Source: Candidatus Woesearchaeota archaeon | GTDB lineage: Archaea > Nanobdellota > Nanobdellia > Pacearchaeales > GW2011-AR1 | Length of the DNA stretch: 51,483 bases | Direction of reading: 5' to 3' | Assembly: GCA_964538235.1 (NCBI GenBank) | Contig: CAZIFJ010000002.1 | Location: 1 to 51,483 of the forward strand | Part shown: in pieces, positions 25,971 through 35,371 of the stretch | How positions within the stretch are numbered: the stretch's first letter is position 1 | Layout of the letters: every line of letters begins with the position of its first letter | Translations under genes and position numbers: made by a program | The notes under the pieces: model-generated | Databases searched by the model: none | The model's input: only the letters and a program-made list of their open reading frames with translations | What the model was told of the DNA's origin: nothing

Positions 25971-26061
25971 GAAATTCTTTGAATTTCGATGTGCTCAGGA
26001 ATTTTATTCCTGACATGCTCAAGAACCAACACGCCAGTCACTTCAGTGGCTGGTTCTTGAC
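25971..26061 (+). repeat. Related three-hairpin array joined by GA(T/C)(G/A)TGCTC linkers
   Basis: gaaattc-ttt-gaatttc, gatgtgctc; tcaggaa-tttta-ttcctga, catgctc; aagaacc-aacacg-ccagtcac-ttca-gtggctgg-ttctt-gac. It ends 10 nt before the TATA box of the next gene. The left boundary is uncertain. Confidence 0.65.
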
Positions 26062-26070
26062 AGAACATTA

Positions 26071-26078
26071 TTTAAATA
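26071..26078 (+). promoter_or_regulatory. Putative TATA box
   Basis: tttaaata lies 20 nt upstream of ATG 26098. Confidence 0.45.
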
Positions 26079-26097
26079 ACTTTTCTGTTTTTATTTT

Positions 26098-27318
26098 ATG
26101 AAAATATTAGAAATTACAAACTATTCTGCAGGAATTTGTGGAGTTTGGAATAGAGTAAAAGAAGAAGCTATTAGACTTTCAAAATTAGGGCATAAAGTAA
26201 AAGTTTTTTCTTCTAATTTTGTTAAAGGAAGTAACGAAATCGCTAAATTCGGAGATAAAATTGGAGATGTGGAAATAAAAAGATTGCCTAAATTTTTACT
26301 TCGCAACCAGCAATCTCTAATTGAAATTTTTGAGAACGCAACAAGCAGAAGGGTATTAAACCAAAAAATTCCAATAAAAAGATTTTCTGCAACTAAAATG
26401 CCTTTTTCTGAAAGTTATATGATTTGGAATTCTTTAAATTTAAAAAAAGAAATAATTAAGTTTAAACCAAATATTATAATTGCTCATTCTTACAGGCACA
26501 CGCATACAATTATTGCTTCAAGAATTGCTAAAGAAATAGGTGCAAGATGTTTTTTAGTAACTCATGCCCCTTTTGGAGATGAGAATAGAAATTTTTTGGC
26601 AAAAATTTATTTGAGATATTTTTATGATCCTTTTATTGGTAAGAAAGTATTGAAACGATTTGATAAAATAATTGCTATAACAAAATGGGAAAATTCTTAC
26701 TTAAAGAAACTAGGTGTTTCTGAGGATAAAACTGAATACATCCCTAATGGAATTCCTGAAGAATTTTTTGATCGGAAAAAATCAAAAGAAGAAAATAAAA
26801 TTTTATTTTTAGGGAGAATTTCTCCTGTTAAAGATTTGGAAACTTTAATCAAGTCCTTTAAATTAATTAAAGATAAAAAGATTAAACTTGAAATTGTTGG
26901 ACCAGCTGAAGAGGGTTGCTTAATTAAATTAAAAAGATTGGTAGAAGAATTAGATTTGGGAAATAGAGTATTATTCTCTCCAGCTATTTATGATTTAAAA
27001 GAAAAAATAAGAAAAATTGATTCAGCTAAAATTTTTGTTCTGCCTTCCTTAAGGGAAGGAATGCCGCAAGGTTTAATTGAAGCTATGGCGCGCGAGAAAT
27101 TTGTTATATCTAGTAATAATGATGGTGGGAAAGAGCTTATTGAAGAGGGGAAAAATGGATATTTATTTAGGGTTGGAGATTATAAGGAGCTAGCAAGAAA
27201 AATTGATTTGGTTTTGTCTATTGATCAAGATAAAGTTAGGAAAGAAGCAAGAAAATCTGTTGAGAGATTTTCTTGGGATAAGATTATTATGGAATGGGAG
27301 AGAGTTATTGATAAATAA
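26098..27318 (+). CDS. GT4-family glycosyltransferase
   Basis: ILFLGRISPVKD, VLPSLREGMPQGLIEAMAREKFVISSNNDGGKELIEEGKNGYLF (E-x7-E region). Confidence 0.82.
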   Translation: MKILEITNYSAGICGVWNRVKEEAIRLSKLGHKVKVFSSNFVKGSNEIAKFGDKIGDVEIKRLPKFLLRNQQSLIEIFENATSRRVLNQKIPIKRFSATKMPFSESYMIWNSLNLKKEIIKFKPNIIIAHSYRHTHTIIASRIAKEIGARCFLVTHAPFGDENRNFLAKIYLRYFYDPFIGKKVLKRFDKIIAITKWENSYLKKLGVSEDKTEYIPNGIPEEFFDRKKSKEENKILFLGRISPVKDLETLIKSFKLIKDKKIKLEIVGPAEEGCLIKLKRLVEELDLGNRVLFSPAIYDLKEKIRKIDSAKIFVLPSLREGMPQGLIEAMAREKFVISSNNDGGKELIEEGKNGYLFRVGDYKELARKIDLVLSIDQDKVRKEARKSVERFSWDKIIMEWERVIDK

Positions 27319-27322
27319 AATC

Positions 27323-28081
27323 TTACTTTTCTAAATATTTAGTTTCGTCTTTTTGATTAGTCCAATAAAATCCTTCTTGTCTTAGTCTACATGACAGGCA
27401 AGTTCCGCAATGTATTGAATTTGAAGTGTAACAAGAGAATGTTTTTTTTAGAGGAACTTTCAACTTTAAAGCCAAATTAATAATATCTTCCTTATCTTTT
27501 TTTATTAATGGTGTGAGAATTTTTGGTTTTGAAATTGTTGAAATTGAATTTAATTTATTCATTTGATTTACATATTCTTTAGTTGTATCTGGATAAAATT
27601 CTTTTCCTTCATTTTTAAAACCGACAAAAATATCGCATTTTGTTTTATTTTTTTTATGCCAAGATGATTTGAGATCATCTTGGACATCCAAAACTCCAAA
27701 CAAATCGCGGACTTTTAGAAATTCTGACTCTGCCAAAGTCGTCGCATAATTTAAGAAAATTGTATTTCTTAATGGAACATACCATCTCAAACTTTCATTT
27801 TTTGTGTCTTTCAAATCTTTTTTTGTTAATTTATTGTACGATTTTTGGTTGTTTGTTAAATTAGATGAGAAATTTTTTAACCATTTAAGATCTACTTCTA
27901 AAAATTTTGCTCTTATTTCTCTTGCGCAAAATTTTGAAGCTTTTCTTTCTGCTTTAATAGCTCTTTGTCCATAATTAAAAAATAAAATTTCCAAATTGTT
28001 ATAATTTAATTTATTTTTTACATAATAAGCAGTTGTTACACTATCTATTCCTCCTGAACATAAAATTATTGCCGATTTCAT
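27323..28081 (-). CDS. queC: 7-cyano-7-deazaguanine synthase (archaeosine/queuosine precursor pathway)
   Basis: MKSAIILCSGGIDSVT PP-loop and the C-terminal zinc motif CYTSNSIHCGTCLSCRLRQEGF. Confidence 0.85.
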   Translation of the reverse strand: MKSAIILCSGGIDSVTTAYYVKNKLNYNNLEILFFNYGQRAIKAERKASKFCAREIRAKFLEVDLKWLKNFSSNLTNNQKSYNKLTKKDLKDTKNESLRWYVPLRNTIFLNYATTLAESEFLKVRDLFGVLDVQDDLKSSWHKKNKTKCDIFVGFKNEGKEFYPDTTKEYVNQMNKLNSISTISKPKILTPLIKKDKEDIINLALKLKVPLKKTFSCYTSNSIHCGTCLSCRLRQEGFYWTNQKDETKYLEK

Positions 28082-28131
28082 GATTAATTATCCTCACAAA
28101 ACTTTATAAATTTGTATTGTTCAGTTTTTTT

Positions 28132-28323
28132 ATGAAACTACTTGCTAAAGATTTGAAAAAGAATGATGAGATTCTTATTGGAGGAAAACAATTTTTTGTT
28201 GAGAATATAGAAATTTCTGATATTGGAAAGCAAGGTAAGAGAAAAGTTAGAATTGAAGTAAAAACAATGGGTGGAGAAAGTTTAGTTTTAATAAGACCGG
28301 AAGATTATCCTTTTAATGTTTAG
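28132..28323 (+). CDS. Stand-alone aIF5A N-terminal-domain-like protein (no C-terminal OB domain)
   Basis: LKKNDEILIGGKQFFVENIEISDIGKQGKRKVRIEVKTMGGES aligns by eye with the aIF5A pattern LKPG.YI.ID.EPC.IV.I..S.PGKHG.AKARIE.. Only 63-68 aa. ATG 28132 is preferred over TTG 28117, given the TATA-like ctttataaa at 28102-28110. Confidence 0.55.
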   Translation: MKLLAKDLKKNDEILIGGKQFFVENIEISDIGKQGKRKVRIEVKTMGGESLVLIRPEDYPFNV

Positions 28324-28364
28324 GAATTAGTTACCTTTATAAAATTGAACTTTAATTTATACTG

Positions 28365-29276
28365 ATGATAACTATAATTATAACGTCATTTAACGAACCA
28401 AAATCGACTTTAAGAGCAGTTAAAAGTTTTCTTAGACAAAAAATTAAAGAAGAATTTAAGATAATTGTTGTTGACCCTTTTCCCGAAGTTGAAGAATTTT
28501 TAATGAAAGAAATTAAAGATGAAAGAGTTGAGTTTTTTCTTGATCCTGGAGAAGGAAAGAGTTATGCTTTGAATATTTTATTTGAAGAAAAATGGAGCGA
28601 TAATAAAAATGATTTATTTGTTTTGACTGATGGAGATGTTTATGTTTCTGAAAATTCCTTGGAAGAAATAAAAAAAAGATTTAAAGATAAAAAAGTTGGA
28701 TGCGTGACTGGAAAACCAGTTTCTGTTGATGAGGCAAATAAAAAATATGGATTTTGGGCGAGGGTTCTTTTTTCTGGAATTGATAAGGTTAGAAAAAAAC
28801 TATCTAAAGAAAAAAAGTTTTTTGAGTGTTCTGGATATTTATTTGCGATAAGAAATGGTTTTTTGAGAAGTTTTCCTTTGGAGACTTCAGAAGATAGCAT
28901 TATTCCGTATTTATTTTGGAAAGAAGGATATAAAATTGAGTATGCTGACAAGGCAGAAGTTTATGTTAAAAATCCTTCTAATTGGAAAGATTGGAAAAAT
29001 CAAAAAATTAGGAATATAAAAGCTCATGAAAATTTGAATAAAATTGTTCCGAATATGCCTAGAACAAAATCTTTTTTTAATGAAATAAAAGAAGGGGCTT
29101 TTTTTGCTATTCGTCAAGCTAATAATTTCAAGGAATTTATTTGGATTTTAGAATTGTATTTAGTAAGGCTTTATATTTATTTTGTGGCGTTTTGGGAATT
29201 AAGTGGAATGAAGAATAAAAATTATAGAGATGGTTGGAGAGAAACTGAGATTAAATCTACAAAGCCAATGGATTAA
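28365..29276 (+). CDS. GT2 glycosyltransferase
   Basis: IIITSFNEPKSTLRAVKSFLRQ, FVLTDGDVYVSENS (DxD). Paralog of 31022-31912. Confidence 0.78.
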   Translation: MITIIITSFNEPKSTLRAVKSFLRQKIKEEFKIIVVDPFPEVEEFLMKEIKDERVEFFLDPGEGKSYALNILFEEKWSDNKNDLFVLTDGDVYVSENSLEEIKKRFKDKKVGCVTGKPVSVDEANKKYGFWARVLFSGIDKVRKKLSKEKKFFECSGYLFAIRNGFLRSFPLETSEDSIIPYLFWKEGYKIEYADKAEVYVKNPSNWKDWKNQKIRNIKAHENLNKIVPNMPRTKSFFNEIKEGAFFAIRQANNFKEFIWILELYLVRLYIYFVAFWELSGMKNKNYRDGWRETEIKSTKPMD

Positions 29277-29288
29277 AATTCTTTAAAA

Positions 29289-29870
29289 CTATCTTTCTTT
29301 TACATCTTCTTTTATCATTCTTATAATTTCTGGAAATTCAGATATTTTAAAATGACCATTTTTGTTTTCATAAATTATAATTTCTGCATTTTTTAATTTC
29401 TTTTCATATTTTTTAGCATGAGATATTGGAACTACGTCATCATCTTTCGAAAATAATAATTTAAGTTTTTTAGAATTCTTTTCTATTTTTGATAAATCTG
29501 ACTTTAGTTTAAATCCTCCCACTAAATCCTCTCCATCTAAAGTATTATCAAAAGGTGGGCAAATTAAATAAGTGGATAATATTTTTTTAGGAAAGATATT
29601 TTCTGATAGATATTTTGCTAGAAAAATTCCTCCTAATGATAAACCAATTAAAACTATATTATTTCTTAAGTAAGAAAAATATTTTTCAAAATGAATCTTC
29701 CACTCTTTATATTTTGAATTATCTTGCAATGGCATGCGCGGCTTTATAATTTCAAAATTCTTACCTATTCTTTTCTTTAGATAATTATCACTCCATTTTA
29801 TCTTTTCCCCAATAGAGATGGGTCTATTTTTTAAAAAATGAAGATAATCTTTTTTATTCTTAAAAGTCAT
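29289..29870 (-). CDS. Alpha/beta-fold serine hydrolase (YdeN/RBBP9-like)
   Basis: 193 aa with the nucleophile elbow LIGLSLGG, then SKDDDVVP and a C-terminal NGHF, consistent with a Ser-Asp-His triad. Confidence 0.6.
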   Translation of the reverse strand: MTFKNKKDYLHFLKNRPISIGEKIKWSDNYLKKRIGKNFEIIKPRMPLQDNSKYKEWKIHFEKYFSYLRNNIVLIGLSLGGIFLAKYLSENIFPKKILSTYLICPPFDNTLDGEDLVGGFKLKSDLSKIEKNSKKLKLLFSKDDDVVPISHAKKYEKKLKNAEIIIYENKNGHFKISEFPEIIRMIKEDVKER

Positions 29871-30042
29871 TCCACCATTGATAATAAATATTTGAGTTTT
29901 ATTTTTTTGTCATCTTTAATATTATTAAGACATATTTATTAATTTATCTTCTTTGTATTTAAATAAGAGAAAAAATATTCTGTAACTCTTTCTTATGGCT
30001 CATTTCAGATACTCTTAAAAATGCTTTTTATTCTAAATCTAT

Positions 30043-31035
30043 ATGGAAAATATAGTAATTATAAAACTTGGAGCGCAGGGAGATGTGTTGAGAACTTTGC
30101 CTTTAGCTAATGCTTTGAAAAAAAAATATCCTAAATCTAAAATAACTTGGATAACTAAAAGAGAGGCTGTTGAATTAATTGAAGGAAATAAAGAAGTTGA
30201 TAGAATATTAACAATTCCTTTAAGCAAAGAAGTTGATGAAAAATTTGATTTGCTTTATAATTTTGATATTGAAGATGAAGCGACTTCGCTTGCTGTAAAA
30301 ATTAATGCTGAAAAAAAATTTGGATTTTATTCTGAAAACGGATTTTTGTCAGCCTTTAATAATAGAGCAGAATATTATATCAATACTATTTTTGATGATG
30401 AATTGAAAAAGAAAAACAGAAAAACTTACCAAGAAATGATGTTTGAAGTTGCTGAAACAGATTATAAAAAAGAAAGATTTGAGATTGTTTTGAATGAAAA
30501 AGATAAAAAATTTGGCGATGAATTTGTTAAAGAAAATAAAATAAATAAAGAAAAATTAATTGGAATTCATATGGGCGCTTCTAAAAGATGGCCTTCAAAA
30601 GTGCTTCATGAAGAGAAATTAATAGAATTAATAGAACTACTTTATAAAAGAGGGTACTTTGTTTTGCTCTTTGGTGGTCCTGATGAGAAAGAAAGGCATG
30701 AAAAATTTTATAATGAAATGAATAATAAAAATTTTAAGATTTTCAAAAATAATGTAAATAATACGAAGAGAGAGCTTTTAGCTCTGGTCAATGTTTGTAA
30801 TATAATGATATGTTCAGATAGCTTATCTCTTCATGTTTCGATTGGACTGAATAAAAAAACTATTGGATTATTTTTCTGCACTAGCCCAGACGAAGTTGAA
30901 GGATATGGATTATTAAAAAAAGTAGTTTCTAAAAAATTGTATGAATTTTTTCCAGAAAGAAGCGATGAGTATAACGAAGAGCTTGTTAAGAGTATAACTG
31001 CTGAAGAAGTTTTAGAAGCTGTTGAGAATGACTAA
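30043..31035 (+). CDS. GT9-family glycosyltransferase (heptosyltransferase-like)
   Basis: IVIIKLGAQGDVLRTLPLANALKKKYPKSKITWIT is the hallmark N-terminus of ADP-heptose:LPS heptosyltransferase-type GT9 enzymes. Also GASKRWP and GGPDE. Confidence 0.72.
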   Translation: MENIVIIKLGAQGDVLRTLPLANALKKKYPKSKITWITKREAVELIEGNKEVDRILTIPLSKEVDEKFDLLYNFDIEDEATSLAVKINAEKKFGFYSENGFLSAFNNRAEYYINTIFDDELKKKNRKTYQEMMFEVAETDYKKERFEIVLNEKDKKFGDEFVKENKINKEKLIGIHMGASKRWPSKVLHEEKLIELIELLYKRGYFVLLFGGPDEKERHEKFYNEMNNKNFKIFKNNVNNTKRELLALVNVCNIMICSDSLSLHVSIGLNKKTIGLFFCTSPDEVEGYGLLKKVVSKKLYEFFPERSDEYNEELVKSITAEEVLEAVEND

Positions 31036-31912
31036 AATAAGTATATTAATTACATCTTTCAAAGAACCTAAAACTATAGGAAAAGCTATTGAATCTTTTT
31101 TGAAACAGAAAATAAAAAATTATGAGTTGATAGTAACTGCTCCCGACAAAGAAACATTAGATGTTGTGAAAATTTATTCTCAAAAAAATAAAAGAATAAA
31201 AATATTGAAAGATGATGGAAAAGGAAAACCAAATGCATTAAACAAAGCATTTAAGAAATTAAATGGAGAATATGTTATATTAAGTGATGGAGATGTTTAT
31301 GTTTCTGAAAATTCTGTTAATGAATTAGTTAAAAATTTTAATAAAAAAGATGTTGGAGGAGTTAGCGCGAGAGTAATTTCAACTAACAATAGAAACAACT
31401 TATTTGGGTATTGGGCTTATGTCTTAAGCGAGGGATTTCACAATTTAAGAGAAAAGGAAAATAAAATTGGAAAAAATATAATTTGTTCAGGATATTTATA
31501 TGCAATAAAAAGAGAATTATTTGAAAATATACCTGGAAATATTTTAGCTGATGATTCTTATATTTCATTTCTTATTAATTCAAAAAAATATAGGACAATC
31601 TATGAACCGAATGCAAAAGTTTATGTTAAATATCCTGATAATTTAATAGATTGGATAAAACAAAAGAAAAGAACTGCTGGAAGATTTTATCAACTAAAAA
31701 CTTATTTTAAAATTTCTAAAATCCATTCTTTTAAAGAAGAAATTTTTTCTGGAATAAAAACAATCTCTTTAATAAAAAATTTCAAAGAATTATTCTTCTT
31801 TTTATTTTTGATAGTTATGAGAATATACATTTGGATTCGAGTTTTTTTAGATTTTCGTTTATGGGGAAGAGATTTTAAAAAAACTTGGAAGAGAGTTGAG
31901 AGCACGAAATAA
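31022..31912 (+). CDS. GT2 glycosyltransferase
   Basis: ILITSFKEPKTIGKAIESFLKQ, VILSDGDVYVSENS. Paralog of 28365-29276. Overlaps the GT9 gene by 14 nt. Confidence 0.78.
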   Translation: MRMTKISILITSFKEPKTIGKAIESFLKQKIKNYELIVTAPDKETLDVVKIYSQKNKRIKILKDDGKGKPNALNKAFKKLNGEYVILSDGDVYVSENSVNELVKNFNKKDVGGVSARVISTNNRNNLFGYWAYVLSEGFHNLREKENKIGKNIICSGYLYAIKRELFENIPGNILADDSYISFLINSKKYRTIYEPNAKVYVKYPDNLIDWIKQKKRTAGRFYQLKTYFKISKIHSFKEEIFSGIKTISLIKNFKELFFFLFLIVMRIYIWIRVFLDFRLWGRDFKKTWKRVESTK

Positions 31913-31946
31913 AAAGAGATTTAAACTGAATTAAATACTATTTTTT

Positions 31947-33461
31947 ATGGATAATTCTGAAAAAGAAATTGAAGTGAAAAAACTTGCTCTGAAGAATTGG
32001 CTTAAAGATAAATATAATTTGGCGTTAGTTGGAATTTTGATTTTAGCTTTTGCTTTTAGGGTTTATTATTTTTTTCTTGCGAAAGAACAAGCTCATTGGT
32101 GGGACAGCTTAGCTTATGGGAGTTTAGCTAAAGAAATGATATATAATCTTTGGTCGGATAATGCTTTTATAATTCACGAATCAATTATCAGGCCACCATT
32201 ACTCCCATTATTATGGTCTATTTTATTAAGATTGGGATTTAACGATTCCTTGATTTTGTTTATTTTAGAAATTATTCCTTCAACTTTATCTATTTTTTTC
32301 TTATATTTAATTGGGAAGGAATTTTATAGTAAACGTGTAGGTATTTTTGTTGCTTTTCTTGGTGCTATTTCATGGATTCATTTATTTTATTCTGTTAGAA
32401 TTATGACTGATGTTCCTTCTCTTTTTTTAGCGATAGTTAGCATATACTACTTTTCTAAATGTAAAAATTCTATTTCTATAAAAAATTTCTTTCTTTCTAT
32501 ATTTTTTCTTTCACTTTCTGTACTAATGAGATATTCTTATGGATTAATAGGCTTTGTTTACCTTGTTTTTTTTATATTTGTATATAGAAATAAATTATTT
32601 ATTAATAAATCTTTTTGGATTGGTGGAATTCTAGGCATTGTACCAATAATTTTATTTTTTATAATTAATCTATCTAAATTTGGTTCTATTATGCCTGCGT
32701 TAGATGTTTATTCTGGAGATGCCCAAATTAAACCCTTTGCTTTTTATGTATTGGAATTCATTCCATATATTATTCAAAAAACTTTTACAATTTTTCTCTT
32801 TTTTGGAATTTCTATAGCTTTGTTTGATTTAATTTTAGGGTTTGGTTCAATAAACAAAATAGAAAAATTGAAGGCTCATTTATTTAATATTTTACTAATA
32901 TCTTTTTCATTATTCTTTTTTATATTTATTATAAAAGCTGCTGAAGACAGATATTTAATGATTCTTTTCCCTTCAATTTTTCTATTATCTTCTATCTCTG
33001 TATTATTTTTTTATGACTTTATCAAAAAATATTCTTATTTTCTTGCTAGTACTGTTCTAATAATTCTCTTAATGTTTTTTTTATATTCTCAAATTAATTT
33101 TTCGCAAAAAATTATTTCTGAAAAGAAGGAATCATTTATACAAATGAAAGAAGCATTTTTATGGATAAAAGATAATACTGAAAAAAAAGATATTATTCTT
33201 GGAGACTGGGCAGATCCATATGCAATATATTATAGTGAAAGAAAATTAGGAAAATTCCCAAAGAATTTAAGTGAACTTGAAGAGTTCTCATTAAAAAATA
33301 TAGATTATTTAACTTTAACAGCTGTTCATCAACCAACAAAAGAAGTTGTTCAATATACTGAACAACAATCTCAAAAAGGAAATTTAATACCTGTAAAAAT
33401 AATTTATTTTGATAGAGAACAAAAAAACCCTGCAGTGATAATTTACAAAGTAAAAAAATAA
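31947..33461 (+). CDS. GT-C fold membrane glycosyltransferase (ArnT/PMT-like)
   Basis: 504 aa with about 12 TM helices and a short soluble C-terminal domain. The architecture matches 8532-10343. Confidence 0.65.
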   Translation: MDNSEKEIEVKKLALKNWLKDKYNLALVGILILAFAFRVYYFFLAKEQAHWWDSLAYGSLAKEMIYNLWSDNAFIIHESIIRPPLLPLLWSILLRLGFNDSLILFILEIIPSTLSIFFLYLIGKEFYSKRVGIFVAFLGAISWIHLFYSVRIMTDVPSLFLAIVSIYYFSKCKNSISIKNFFLSIFFLSLSVLMRYSYGLIGFVYLVFFIFVYRNKLFINKSFWIGGILGIVPIILFFIINLSKFGSIMPALDVYSGDAQIKPFAFYVLEFIPYIIQKTFTIFLFFGISIALFDLILGFGSINKIEKLKAHLFNILLISFSLFFFIFIIKAAEDRYLMILFPSIFLLSSISVLFFYDFIKKYSYFLASTVLIILLMFFLYSQINFSQKIISEKKESFIQMKEAFLWIKDNTEKKDIILGDWADPYAIYYSERKLGKFPKNLSELEEFSLKNIDYLTLTAVHQPTKEVVQYTEQQSQKGNLIPVKIIYFDREQKNPAVIIYKVKK

Positions 33462-33462
33462 A

Positions 33463-34536
33463 ATGGATTTAACGAAAAATAATGAACCTTTAGTAGAAGT
33501 TATAATATTAACACATAATGGTAAGAGTAATCTTATAAAATGTCTTAGCTCTTTAAAAAAAACAAGATATTCTAACTTAATAGTAAGCGTTGTTGATCAG
33601 AACTCTCAAGATGGAACTTTTGAATATATAAAAAATAATCATTCATATGTTAAATTAGTTAGAAATAAAATTAACAAAAGTTTTTCTGAAGGTAATAATG
33701 ATATACTAAAAAAATCTAAAGCTAAATATTGTATTCTTTTAAATGACGATACTGAGCATCATCCTAATTGGATAAAAGAGCTTGTAAAAATTGCTGAAAA
33801 AGATGAAAAAATTGTCGCATTACAACCAAAAGTTCTGGATATGAAAAATAGAAAATATTTTGAATACGCAGGAGCTGCTGGAGGTTTTATAGACATTTAT
33901 GGATATCCTATATGCAGAGGTAGAATTTTTGATAGTGTAGAAGAAGATAAAGGACAATATAACGATGAAAAAGAAATATTTTGGAGTTGTGGAGTTGCTA
34001 TGTTTATTAGAAAAGACATGATAAAAAAAATAAATTATTTAGATGAAGTTTTTGAAAGCTATGCTGAAGAGCTTGATGCCTGCTGGAGAATGAATCTTTT
34101 AGGATATAAAATATTTTTTGTTCCAAATTCTATTATATATCATTTGGGTAGTTCTAGCTGGGGCAAGAAAAAAAATAATTTTAAAAAACAATATTTAATT
34201 CATAGAAACCATTGGATTGCTCTTCTTAAAAATACTCAAATAGAAAGATGGTGGAAAATTGTTCCGATAAAATTACTTTTAGAATTACTTACAATTTTTT
34301 CTTTTTCCTTTAGAGATCCTAATAAATCTCTGGCAACATTAAAAGCAAATTTTTGGATACTTTTTAATATCGTAATGATTATTAAAAAAAATAGAGAAAA
34401 TATTAAAAATAGAGCTATAGATGATAAAGATATTATAAAAAAAATGATAAAAACCAGCGTTGCATTACATTATTTCTTGGGGAGAAAAAGAAAAAAATTT
34501 GGAGATTATAAAAATTATATAGAAAATTATAACTAA
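33463..34536 (+). CDS. GT2 glycosyltransferase (rhamnosyltransferase/WbbL-like subgroup)
   Basis: VEVIILTHNGKSNLIKCLSSL, ILLNDDTEHHPNW, GGFIDIYGYP, CGVAMFIRK, AEELDACWR. Confidence 0.8.
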   Translation: MDLTKNNEPLVEVIILTHNGKSNLIKCLSSLKKTRYSNLIVSVVDQNSQDGTFEYIKNNHSYVKLVRNKINKSFSEGNNDILKKSKAKYCILLNDDTEHHPNWIKELVKIAEKDEKIVALQPKVLDMKNRKYFEYAGAAGGFIDIYGYPICRGRIFDSVEEDKGQYNDEKEIFWSCGVAMFIRKDMIKKINYLDEVFESYAEELDACWRMNLLGYKIFFVPNSIIYHLGSSSWGKKKNNFKKQYLIHRNHWIALLKNTQIERWWKIVPIKLLLELLTIFSFSFRDPNKSLATLKANFWILFNIVMIIKKNRENIKNRAIDDKDIIKKMIKTSVALHYFLGRKRKKFGDYKNYIENYN

Positions 34537-35171
34537 GTTTTTACAGCTTTTATTGCTATTTCATTTCCATTATCTTTATGAAATTTGTATTCCATATCTC
34601 TTAATTTATTAAAAAGTTTAGGATTTATTATTCTTCCTGTTGTATATTTTATCAAAAAGTGGATGTATAAATTCAATAATTCAAAAATTCCCCCACCAGA
34701 AAATATTTTTTCGATTTTAAATCCATTTTTTCTTAATAGATTTGATATATCTTTTATAGAATAATGTCTTTCATGTTGAACATACCTAACTGGATTTAGA
34801 TAACTCAACATTGTATCATTTGGTACACAAATTATAAATTTTCCTCCTTTTTCTAATACCCTATTTATTTCTTTTAACACTATTTCATGATCCTTAATAT
34901 GCTCTAAAACATCTAAAAGAATTGTCTGTGAAAGCTCTCCATTTCTAAAAGGAATTTTTGTTGCATCTAAGATTAATTTGTTTTTTGCTGAGTTTTTTTC
35001 TCCAAGATTCTTTTCATCAATATCTGAAGATATAAAATTTTTATTTCCTAAAAATAGAAAATTTTCTATCCATAAAACTTCCCCAGCTCCGATATTTAAA
35101 GTCTTTCCTTTTATTTTTGTTTCAATAAAAGAAGCGCAAATTCTTTCCCTTCCAAACAAATCATATTTCAT
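34533..35171 (-). CDS. Class I SAM-dependent methyltransferase
   Basis: TLNIGAGE, ILLDVLEHIKDH, VLEKGGKFIICVPN. Confidence 0.75.
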   Translation of the reverse strand: MKYDLFGRERICASFIETKIKGKTLNIGAGEVLWIENFLFLGNKNFISSDIDEKNLGEKNSAKNKLILDATKIPFRNGELSQTILLDVLEHIKDHEIVLKEINRVLEKGGKFIICVPNDTMLSYLNPVRYVQHERHYSIKDISNLLRKNGFKIEKIFSGGGIFELLNLYIHFLIKYTTGRIINPKLFNKLRDMEYKFHKDNGNEIAIKAVKT

Positions 35172-35371
35172 TTTATATTTGATAATACTCTGTAGATTAT
35201 TCTATCATTTATAAGCTTTTTTTATCGTCTGCAATTTTTTTATAAAGCTCAATGCTACCATTGGGATTATATTTAGGGTATATGATCTTTGTAGATATTT
35301 TTTTCTTTAGCCATTTTTTATATAATATACAAGACAACAATATTTTTAAAGTATTTAATTTTTGTTTTTTA

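Noticed and set aside
25805-26061. CRISPR array, because of repeated hairpin-forming units in tandem
   Set aside because: The units are not identical direct repeats, spacing is irregular and there are no unique spacers of constant length. The same modules are dispersed singly elsewhere, and no cas genes are present in the window.
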